Origin: Bacteroidales bacterium
Lineage (GTDB): Bacteria; Bacteroidota; Bacteroidia; Bacteroidales; GCA-2748055
Assembly: GCA_040768485.1 (NCBI GenBank)
Contig: JAXGMU010000006.1
Span: 16,349-80,348, forward strand
Reading direction: 5' to 3'
Length of the DNA: 64,000 nt
The notes beneath the pieces were generated by a model that saw only the letters and a list, made by a program, of their open reading frames with translations, was not told the origin of the DNA and did no database searches. Shown here in pieces: positions 36,679 through 44,643 of the stretch; positions within the stretch are counted from its first letter, which is position 1; each line of letters starts with the position of its first letter. A program made the translations under genes and the position numbers.

Positions 36679-39600
36679 ATGAAAAACATGCAGAAGTTAA
36701 TCCTAGCCCTTCTGGTCGGTTGCCTGGTAACCCTTTCTGGTTATTCACAGGTGACGACTTCAGGAATGAACGGCACAGTTACATCAGAGTCGGGTGAAGT
36801 CCTTGCTGGTGCAACGGTGGTGGCTGTTCATGAACCCTCCGGAACACAATACGGAACCGTTACCAATAACGAGGGCCGTTTTAATTTGCAGGGGATGCGA
36901 CCCGGCGGGCCGTACACGGTGAATGTTTCATTTGTGGGCTACGCAACCGCCTCTTATACAGATATCACATTGTATTTAGGGGAAGCATTTAATTTAAATG
37001 CGCAAATCAAGCAGAGTGCTGTGGATGTACTGGAAGTGACGATCATTGGTTCCAGGCCTTCGAAATTCAGTACCAGCAAAACCGGGGCCACCACCAATAT
37101 TTCAAACGAACAGTTGAATACCATGCCCACCATTAACCGGAGCATTTCCGACATAGCCCAGATTTCTCCATTTTCAAATGGCATGGGCTTCGCAGGTGGT
37201 GATGGCCGTTCCACAAATTTCACGGTGGATGGTGCCAATTTCAACAACAACTTCGGACTGAGTTCAAATCTGCCGGGGGGTGGGAATCCCATTTCTCTGG
37301 ATGCGATTGAAGAAATGCAGGTGGTCATCGCCCCTTTCGATGTCCGCCAGACAAATTTTATCGGGGGTGGGATCAATGCCATTACCAAATCTGGAACAAA
37401 TACCTTCAGAGGTTCAGCCTATACCTATTTTACCAACCAGAATCTGCGGGGCAATAAGATCGGTGATGTGGATTTCGGTGATCGTGATGAAGAATCGAAA
37501 AATGTTTACGGTATTACCCTGGGCGGGCCGATCATCAAAAACAAACTGTTCTTCTTCGTGAACGGAGAATACGAATTGCGTCCGGGACAGGTCGTCACCT
37601 GGAGGCCATCGGAAAATGGTGTTGCCGATACCGAAGAGCTGCTTTCGCGTGCCAGCACCACCGATATGGAAGCGGTCAGGCGGCATTTAATCGATAATTA
37701 TGACTATGATCCCGGTTCGTATACCGATTACCCTGCAAACGAGAGCAACAGGAAGCTGCTGGCCAGGATCGACTGGAACATCAATGATGACAACAAACTG
37801 AGTGTCCGGTATAATTATACCAAGAATATGGCATGGAACGAGACAAACGGCAATTCGACCGATGCCGGTTTCCGTAACAGGAATATGGACCGGATTTCTT
37901 TATACTCCATGGCTTTCTCCAATTCCCTCTATTCAATGGATAACATTGTAAATTCAGTTTCACTGGACCTGAACAGCCGGATCTCGGAAAAGGTTTCGAA
38001 CCAGTTCCTGGTCACCTATTCAAAAATCAATGATATCCGTGGATCCAATTCTGAGAAGTTCCCGTTTATCGACATCATGTACGGAGTGAACACCGACGGA
38101 AGCCAGATTCTCGAACCTTATATTTCCGCAGGGTATGAATTGTTCACATGGAACAATGGTGTCAATAACAATATTTTCAACGTCACGGACAACCTGACCT
38201 ATTATCTGGACAATCATAAGATTACAGCAGGATTCAGGTATGAATACCAGATGGCAAACAACTCTTACATGCGGAACGGTACGGGGTACTACCGGTATGC
38301 CAGTCTTGAAGATTTCCTGAATCAGGCGGCACCGAGGGATTTTGCCCTGACATACGGGTACGACGGAGAAACAAATCCGGCTGCGGAAGTTGCTTTTAAT
38401 CAGTTTGGTCTTTATCTCCAGGATGAATGGAGCGTGAATTCCGATCTCAAATTAACATACGGGATCCGTGCCGATTATCTGAAATATGTGGATAACGTGA
38501 TCAGGAACAACGCGATCTATGAACTGGACTTCGGTGGTAAGAAGATCGATACCGGCGAATGGCCTGAGGCAAATGTCCAGTTTTCGCCGAGGGTTGGTTT
38601 CACCTGGGATGTCATGGGCGATCAGACATTGAAACTTAGGGGAGGTACAGGTCTTTTTACAGGAAGGCTGCCCCTGGTCTTCTTCACCAACATGCCGACC
38701 AATTCTGGAATGGTACAGGGCAGTTATGCAGCTGTTACCCGGTATGATGCCGACGGGAATGTCACAAGCGAAGATCCTGTACTGGCATCACTTGCAGGGC
38801 CGATGATCACCGATGTGGATGAAATGATCAGTACGCTGGACCTGCCCAATACGATTACTCCCGAACAGGGCGTACTGCCGCGGGATGTGAACGGGATCGA
38901 CCCAGAATTTAAAATGCCCCAGGTGTGGAAAACTTCACTGGCGGTGGATGTCGATGTTCCGGTATCATTTCCGCTTTCGGTTACACTGGAAGGCATTTAC
39001 ACGAATAACATCAATGGCGTCATGCTGGAGAACTACAACCTGAAAGAACCCGATGCTTCCTGGGAGCGTTTCAGCGGACCCGATGACAGGTATATCTATC
39101 CCCCTGACAGCGTACTTGAATATACTTCGAGAAATGCCTACGTACTGGCCAATAACAGCGATGGCTGGGGAGCAATCGGAAATATTTCTGTGACCGCTGA
39201 ACCTGTCAGAAACCTGAATGTGATGGCGGCGTATACCCTTACCGAGTCGAAAGAGATCTCAGGGATGCCGGGCAGCAACGCAGCTTCCGCATACAATGGT
39301 GCGATCCAGGTCAACGGCCCGCATCTGCCTTGGGTTCAGCGTTCGCAGTACGTGATTCCAAACAAGGCCATTGCTTCTGTTTCCTACAGTATTCCCTATG
39401 CCAACGACCATTTGGCCACATCATTGAATCTGTTCTATTCCGGATATTCAGCCGACGGATACAGCTTTACTTATACAAATGATATGAATGGCGATGGGTA
39501 TGCATCGGATCTGATATATATCCCGAGTGAAAGGGGTGAGATCGAGTTTGTCAGTGCTGCGGACGAAGATGCTTTCTTCGACTTTGTCGAGCAGGATCGT

Positions 39601-39963
39601 TATCTGAGCAGGCACCAGGGGGAATATGCCGAAGCGAATGCGGCAAGGGCACCCTGGGTACATACCTTTGATTTGCGTCTGGCGCAGAATTTCAGCATCA
39701 ATGCAGGCGGCACCAAACATACATTGCAATTCACCCTTGACTTTTTGAACTTCGGTAACCTGATCAACAGCAAATGGGGTGTCAGTAAAGTGATGTATGG
39801 CGGCGGACAGATCCTGACCTATGAAGGCATGGATGCGAACAATGTCCCAAGCTTTTCAATGGCCACGGACGGAGAAGGCAATTACCTGACGGAGTCGTAT
39901 ACCACTAATTATAATTACAATCAATGCTGGTCTCTTCAGCTGGGAGCGCGTTACATTTTCTAG
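36679..39963 (+). CDS. TonB-dependent receptor with N-terminal carboxypeptidase-regulatory-like domain (Oar-like, no SusD partner)
   Basis: 1094 aa. Signal peptide. CarboxypepD_reg-like GTVTSESGEVLAGATVVAVHEPSGTQYGTVTNNEGRFNLQGMRPGGPYTVNVSFVGY. Plug region, long beta-barrel, and C-terminal LQLGARYIF. Confidence 0.85.
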   Translation: MKNMQKLILALLVGCLVTLSGYSQVTTSGMNGTVTSESGEVLAGATVVAVHEPSGTQYGTVTNNEGRFNLQGMRPGGPYTVNVSFVGYATASYTDITLYLGEAFNLNAQIKQSAVDVLEVTIIGSRPSKFSTSKTGATTNISNEQLNTMPTINRSISDIAQISPFSNGMGFAGGDGRSTNFTVDGANFNNNFGLSSNLPGGGNPISLDAIEEMQVVIAPFDVRQTNFIGGGINAITKSGTNTFRGSAYTYFTNQNLRGNKIGDVDFGDRDEESKNVYGITLGGPIIKNKLFFFVNGEYELRPGQVVTWRPSENGVADTEELLSRASTTDMEAVRRHLIDNYDYDPGSYTDYPANESNRKLLARIDWNINDDNKLSVRYNYTKNMAWNETNGNSTDAGFRNRNMDRISLYSMAFSNSLYSMDNIVNSVSLDLNSRISEKVSNQFLVTYSKINDIRGSNSEKFPFIDIMYGVNTDGSQILEPYISAGYELFTWNNGVNNNIFNVTDNLTYYLDNHKITAGFRYEYQMANNSYMRNGTGYYRYASLEDFLNQAAPRDFALTYGYDGETNPAAEVAFNQFGLYLQDEWSVNSDLKLTYGIRADYLKYVDNVIRNNAIYELDFGGKKIDTGEWPEANVQFSPRVGFTWDVMGDQTLKLRGGTGLFTGRLPLVFFTNMPTNSGMVQGSYAAVTRYDADGNVTSEDPVLASLAGPMITDVDEMISTLDLPNTITPEQGVLPRDVNGIDPEFKMPQVWKTSLAVDVDVPVSFPLSVTLEGIYTNNINGVMLENYNLKEPDASWERFSGPDDRYIYPPDSVLEYTSRNAYVLANNSDGWGAIGNISVTAEPVRNLNVMAAYTLTESKEISGMPGSNAASAYNGAIQVNGPHLPWVQRSQYVIPNKAIASVSYSIPYANDHLATSLNLFYSGYSADGYSFTYTNDMNGDGYASDLIYIPSERGEIEFVSAADEDAFFDFVEQDRYLSRHQGEYAEANAARAPWVHTFDLRLAQNFSINAGGTKHTLQFTLDFLNFGNLINSKWGVSKVMYGGGQILTYEGMDANNVPSFSMATDGEGNYLTESYTTNYNYNQCWSLQLGARYIF

Positions 39964-39995
39964 TCTGAGGATACCGGATTAATTAAACAACACCA

Positions 39996-40035
39996 GAGGA
40001 GGGTGTCTCGAAAGGGATGCCCTCCTCGCTTTTCT
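39996..40035 (+). terminator. Rho-independent-type terminator after the receptor gene
   Basis: gaggaggg (39996-40003) pairs with ccctcctc (40020-40027), with a 16-nt loop, followed by gcttttc. Confidence 0.55.
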
Positions 40036-40110
40036 GAGGGATGCTTTCTCGCAACGTGCTAATTTTGCTGGCGCAAAAAGATGCCAGGTTGCTTCAAAAG
40101 CATCCCTCAG
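40034..40110. other. 77-nt three-tier inverted repeat (possible structured RNA or REP-like element)
   Basis: A perfect 14-bp outer stem, ctgagggatgcttt / aaagcatccctcag. A middle stem gcaac (40051-55) / gttgc (40088-92). An inner stem ttttgc (40063-68) / gcaaaa (40073-78) with a tggc loop. Confidence 0.45.
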
Positions 40111-40171
40111 GGGGAATGGATGTTTTTGGTAGAATTGAATAAAACGCCTGAAAATCAATACGATATCAATT

Positions 40172-40207
40172 AAATGAGGTGCACCATGCTACCAGGGGAC
40201 CTCATTT
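40172..40207. other. 9-bp perfect stem-loop in the nrdJ upstream region
   Basis: aaatgaggt (40172-80) / acctcattt (40199-207), with the 18-nt loop gcaccatgctaccagggg. Confidence 0.4.
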
Positions 40208-40574
40208 GTCTGACTGTAATAGGGTTAGCTCCCGGGTTAATTTTTTGTTAATAAAAACGGGAAGAACTGACCGATGTCACGCTTGATTTCTTCTTAATTT
40301 CATTTCCCGAAATCTGAACCCCGAAGGGTCCCCTTGTTCATCTTTTTGGAACATTCAATTTTCGATTCATTGGCAGCGAACAGGATGGTCTTTTTATCTT
40401 TTTTCGGGAAGCATTCGGAATTTAACATATTATTTAACAATTACTTATGATTTTGTTCATATCAGTGAGGGGCATGTTGAAAATTAGAATTGATCGGCGA
40501 AAACACATTGACTATTTTGGTGTCCTATAAAGTACGACCCACCCCGCGCAACAGAAATCTTTAAATTGAACAGG

Positions 40575-43190
40575 ATGACAGAAAAGGCGATACCGGAGAA
40601 AAACCTGACGTTTGTGGAAAAGGAGCTGGAAGTGAAATCGCAGGGAAAAGCGAAAGATACACAGAAGCAAAGACATACATACAGCTTCGATGAGGCCTTT
40701 AAGGCATCGCTGGAATATTTTCAGGGTGATGAACTGGCAGCCAGGGTCTGGGTCAGCAAATATGCGCTGAAGGATTCCCACGGGAAAATCTATGAACGTA
40801 CCCCGGATGACATGCACCGGCGGCTGGCTTCGGAAATCTGGAGGATCGAAAAAAAATATCCCGCTCCGCTCAGCTACGACGAATTGTTCGAGCTGATGCG
40901 GAACTTCCGGTACATTGTCCCCCAGGGATCGCCCATGACAGGGATCGGGAACAATTTCCAGATCGCAAGCCTTTCGAATTGTTTCGTGATCGGACATGAA
41001 GGTCCGGCTGATTCATACGGCGGGATCATGAAGGTAGACCAGGAACAGGTGCAGTTGATGAAGCGCCGCGGCGGAGTGGGGCATGACCTTTCCCACATCA
41101 GGCCGACCGGGAGTCCGGTTCTCAACAGCGCACTCTCTTCCACCGGTGTGGTTCCGTTCATGGAGAGGTATTCGAACTCCACGCGGGAGGTAGCCCAGGA
41201 CGGAAGAAGGGGGGCCCTGATGCTGAGCATCTCCATCAAGCATCCCGATTCGGAAAGATTCATTGATGCCAAGCTGGAAACGGGAAAAATTACCGGAGCG
41301 AATGTATCCGTCAGGATCAGTGACGAATTTATGCAGGCCGTGGTAGACGGCACGCCATTCATTCAGCAGTATCCCATCTATTCTGACAGTCCCACCTTTA
41401 CCAGGGAAATTGATGCCCGGATCCTCTGGCAGAAGATCGTGCACAACGCATGGAAATCGGCCGAACCGGGGGTCCTGTTCTGGGACACCGTGACCAGGGA
41501 ATCGGTTGCGGACAGTTATTCCGACCTGGGCTTCAGGACGGTATCAACCAACCCGTGCGGTGAAATTCCCCTCTGTCCCTACGACAGTTGCAGGTTGCTT
41601 GCGATCAATCTTTACAGTTACGTGGATGAACCCTTTACCAGGCAGGCCAGGTTCAACTGGGAAAAGTTCAGGAAACATGTGGGACTGGCACAGCGGATGA
41701 TGGACGATATCATCGATCTGGAGCTGGAGAAGGTAGATGCCATCCTGGACAAGATCTATGCGGACCCGGAGGATGAAGAGTTGAAAAGGGTGGAGATCAA
41801 CCTGTGGAAAAACATCAAAAAGAAAGCACTGGAAGGAAGAAGGACCGGGGTGGGCATCACGGCGGAAGGAGACATGCTGGCCGCGCTGGGACTCCGTTAC
41901 GGGAGTGAGAACGCAATTGACTTTTCCGTGGAGGTACACAAGACCATCGCCCTGGAAGCCTACCGTTCTTCCGTAAAGATGGCAAGGGAAAGGGGCCCTT
42001 TCCAGATTTTCGATTTCATCCGGGAGAAGGACAATCCATTCATCAACCGTCTGGCCAGGGAGGATCCCAAACTGATCGAGGAGATGAAGCAGCACGGGCG
42101 CAGGAACATCTCCCTGCTGACCATCGCACCTACAGGCACCACGAGCCTGATGACCCAGACCACATCGGGGATCGAGCCGGTGTTCCTTCCTGTGTACAAG
42201 CGGAGGAGAAAGGTGAACCCCAGCGATAAGGATGCACTGGTCACCTTTGTGGACGAGGTGGGCGACAGCTGGGAAGAATACAACGTTTTTCATCACAATT
42301 TCCTCACCTGGCTGAAGGTTAACAACATGGACCCGGAGGAGGTGAAAAAATTCAGTGATGAGGATATCCAGGAACTGGTGAAAAGATCGCCCTACTTCAA
42401 AGCCACTTCCAACGACGTGGACTGGATGCAGAAGGTGAAGATGCAGGGGGCCATCCAGAAATGGGTGGATCATTCCATCAGTGTGACCATCAATCTTCCC
42501 GGCGAGGTGAGCGAGGAACTGGTGGGAAAACTGTATGTGCATGCATGGAAAAACGGATGCAAGGGGGTGACCGTTTACAGGGACGGTTCCAGGGCCGGCG
42601 TTCTCGTGGCGAGCGAAAAGAAGGACAAGGATACATCCCAGTTTCCCATCAAGCGTCCCCGGGAACTGGACGCGGAGATCCTCCGGTTCAAGAACAATGA
42701 TGAGGACTGGATCGCATTTATTGGTTTGCTGGACGGGAAACCCTATGAGATCTTCACAGGACGCAAGGAAGAGGACACATTCCCCATCCCCCCCAAAGTG
42801 AAGAAAGGCAAGATCATCAAGACGAGGAACGAGGACGGCACCAAGAGATATGATTTCCAGTATGTGGATAAATACGGTTACAAGGTTACCATGGGCGGGT
42901 TGTCCCACCAGTTTAACAGTGAGTTCTGGAATTATGCCAAGTTGATTTCCGGGGTTTTACGCCACGGGATGCCGGTGGTGGATGCGGTCAACCTGGTCAG
43001 TTCGCTTCGTCTCGACAATGAATCCATCAACACCTGGAGCGCCGGGGTGGTCAGGGCACTGAAACGCTACATTCCCAACGGTACGAAGGCGAAGCCGGGG
43101 CAGAAATGCGAGGAATGCGGCTCCAACAATCTGATCTACCAGGAGGGATGCCTGATCTGCACGGAATGCGGTTCCTCCAAATGCGGCTGA
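40575..43190 (+). CDS. nrdJ: Adenosylcobalamin-dependent ribonucleoside-diphosphate reductase (class II)
   Basis: About 871 aa from ATG 40575; the track uses TTG at 40566. Catalytic STNPCGEIPL, TIAPTGTTSL, and a C-terminal CEECGS...CLICTECGSSKCG zinc ribbon. Confidence 0.9.
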   Translation: MTEKAIPEKNLTFVEKELEVKSQGKAKDTQKQRHTYSFDEAFKASLEYFQGDELAARVWVSKYALKDSHGKIYERTPDDMHRRLASEIWRIEKKYPAPLSYDELFELMRNFRYIVPQGSPMTGIGNNFQIASLSNCFVIGHEGPADSYGGIMKVDQEQVQLMKRRGGVGHDLSHIRPTGSPVLNSALSSTGVVPFMERYSNSTREVAQDGRRGALMLSISIKHPDSERFIDAKLETGKITGANVSVRISDEFMQAVVDGTPFIQQYPIYSDSPTFTREIDARILWQKIVHNAWKSAEPGVLFWDTVTRESVADSYSDLGFRTVSTNPCGEIPLCPYDSCRLLAINLYSYVDEPFTRQARFNWEKFRKHVGLAQRMMDDIIDLELEKVDAILDKIYADPEDEELKRVEINLWKNIKKKALEGRRTGVGITAEGDMLAALGLRYGSENAIDFSVEVHKTIALEAYRSSVKMARERGPFQIFDFIREKDNPFINRLAREDPKLIEEMKQHGRRNISLLTIAPTGTTSLMTQTTSGIEPVFLPVYKRRRKVNPSDKDALVTFVDEVGDSWEEYNVFHHNFLTWLKVNNMDPEEVKKFSDEDIQELVKRSPYFKATSNDVDWMQKVKMQGAIQKWVDHSISVTINLPGEVSEELVGKLYVHAWKNGCKGVTVYRDGSRAGVLVASEKKDKDTSQFPIKRPRELDAEILRFKNNDEDWIAFIGLLDGKPYEIFTGRKEEDTFPIPPKVKKGKIIKTRNEDGTKRYDFQYVDKYGYKVTMGGLSHQFNSEFWNYAKLISGVLRHGMPVVDAVNLVSSLRLDNESINTWSAGVVRALKRYIPNGTKAKPGQKCEECGSNNLIYQEGCLICTECGSSKCG

Positions 43191-43197
43191 TTTGTAG

Positions 43198-43524
43198 TCA
43201 TTCGGCCTTCCTGGCAACCAGGTAAGCCACCACAAGACCCAGACCGCCGAAAAACAGCGCGGATGCAAAATAGGCCGCTTCCTCGTCGAGAGATGTATAG
43301 GTGGCAAACAACGATCCGATAAATATGCCCAGGCCGACACCCACAAGTAGCAGGGCCCATTTCAGGATGTTGTATACACTCGGCTTCCCGGAAATCAGGT
43401 CCTTCGGGTCGGCTCCCTTTTCCAGCATGGCCATCCGTTCACGGTTCCTGGCCGTGATGACCACGTAAACGATGCCGAACAGGGCTGCAAAAAATGCGAT
43501 GGGGATAAAGATTTCTTCTACCAT
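43198..43524 (-). CDS. Small two-TM membrane protein (DUF6249-like)
   Basis: 108 aa. IPIAFFAALFGIVYVVITARNRERMAMLEKGADP, then a second hydrophobic half. The family name is from memory only. Confidence 0.5.
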   Translation of the reverse strand: MVEEIFIPIAFFAALFGIVYVVITARNRERMAMLEKGADPKDLISGKPSVYNILKWALLLVGVGLGIFIGSLFATYTSLDEEAAYFASALFFGGLGLVVAYLVARKAE

Positions 43525-43660
43525 GATATTAAAAATTTAGTGAATTACGATCATTTGCTCCTTTGACGCGCCCGGTCAGATCCATGTTACAGGGAAGGGC
43601 TGAAATTTTGATCTGACCAGATACAGAGCCGGCACAAAATGAAAATATGCCGGATACGCT

Positions 43661-43685
43661 GTAACGTTTTCAGGGATCCGGCGTC
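43661..43685 (+). promoter_or_regulatory. Candidate ECF-type autoregulated promoter GTAAC-N16-CGTC
   Basis: GTAAC at 43661-65 and CGTC at 43682-85, with 16 nt between AAC and CGTC, ending 11 nt before the sigma gene ATG at 43697. This fits the generic ECF -35 AAC / -10 CGT architecture. Confidence 0.3.
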
Positions 43686-43696
43686 TTAATGAATGA

Positions 43697-44269
43697 ATGG
43701 ATATCCGGGATGAAAAATACCACATCGACCGCATCAGGGCGGGAGACAAACAGGCATATACCTGGATTGTCAATAGGTACAAGGATCTGGTATACACCCT
43801 GTGCCTCCGGATGCTTGCCTCGGAGGAAGATGCCAGGGAAGCCGCACAGGAGGTATTTGTAAAGGTGTACCGTTCCATCCAGGGATTCCAGGAAAAATCC
43901 AGATTTTCCACCTGGCTTTACCGGATCACTTACAATCACTGCATCAGTGTGATCCGGAAAAAAGTGAAGATCATTGATCTGGTGGACGAGCTTCCCGATG
44001 AGGGGGCGGACGAGAGCGACATGAACGGACTGGAGCGATTGTCCGCAGAAGAGCGGGGCAGGTACCTGCGGCTGGCAATTGAAGCACTGCCCGAAACCGA
44101 TGCGGTGGTTGTGACGCTGTTTTATTTTGAAGAACTGAGCCTGGAGGAAATCGGGGGGATCACCGGGATGTCGAGCGGACAGATCAGGACCAGGCTGCAC
44201 AGGTCCAGGAAGAAAATGTACACGGTGATCCGGCAGCATCTTAAGAAAGAAACCATGTCAATTATGTAA
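43697..44269 (+). CDS. RNA polymerase sigma-70 factor, ECF subfamily
   Basis: 190 aa. Region 2 DLVYTLCLRMLASEEDAREAAQEVFVKVYRSIQGFQEKSRFSTWLYRITYN. Region 4 LSLEEIGGITGMSSGQIRTRLHRSRKKM. Confidence 0.85.
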   Translation: MDIRDEKYHIDRIRAGDKQAYTWIVNRYKDLVYTLCLRMLASEEDAREAAQEVFVKVYRSIQGFQEKSRFSTWLYRITYNHCISVIRKKVKIIDLVDELPDEGADESDMNGLERLSAEERGRYLRLAIEALPETDAVVVTLFYFEELSLEEIGGITGMSSGQIRTRLHRSRKKMYTVIRQHLKKETMSIM

Positions 44270-44270
44270 T

Positions 44271-44633
44271 ATGGAACGGGACCAGCACTTGAAAAAACTC
44301 TTCAGGGAGTCGGGGATCGTCCATGCACCGGACGGATTCACGGAAGGCGTGATGGAAAAGGTTCAGGCCGGACCTGAAAGGGTGCGGTTCAGACCCCTGA
44401 TCGGCAGAACGGGCAGGATGATCATCCTCCTTTCTGTCATTGTCTTCCTGTTGATCGCCATTTTTTACGGGGGTACGGATGCCCGGCCGTCGGCATTGCA
44501 GCTGCCTGACTTTGATTTTAACCTGCAGTTCCTGCAGGAGATCAACCTGTCAACGGGAGTTTTCGCCGCCCTTGCGGCTATTCTGGTGCTGGTGCTTTCG
44601 GATGCCGGCCTCAGCAGGAGGCGCATCGCATAA
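44271..44633 (+). CDS. Hypothetical membrane protein, candidate anti-sigma factor
   Basis: 120 aa. Starts 1 nt after the sigma gene stop. Cytoplasmic N-terminus followed by TM helices. No zf-HC2 motif seen. Confidence 0.4.
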   Translation: MERDQHLKKLFRESGIVHAPDGFTEGVMEKVQAGPERVRFRPLIGRTGRMIILLSVIVFLLIAIFYGGTDARPSALQLPDFDFNLQFLQEINLSTGVFAALAAILVLVLSDAGLSRRRIA

Positions 44634-44643
44634 CCACGAAGCG

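Noticed and set aside
39964-40574. Cobalamin riboswitch or NrdR boxes upstream of the B12-dependent nrdJ. I also checked the 140 nt upstream of the TonB-dependent receptor (36539-36678) for a riboswitch.
   Set aside because: I could not find the conserved B12-box core (GCCACTG with its flanking pattern) or a paired NrdR-box palindrome by eye. A covariance-model scan is still needed to be certain.
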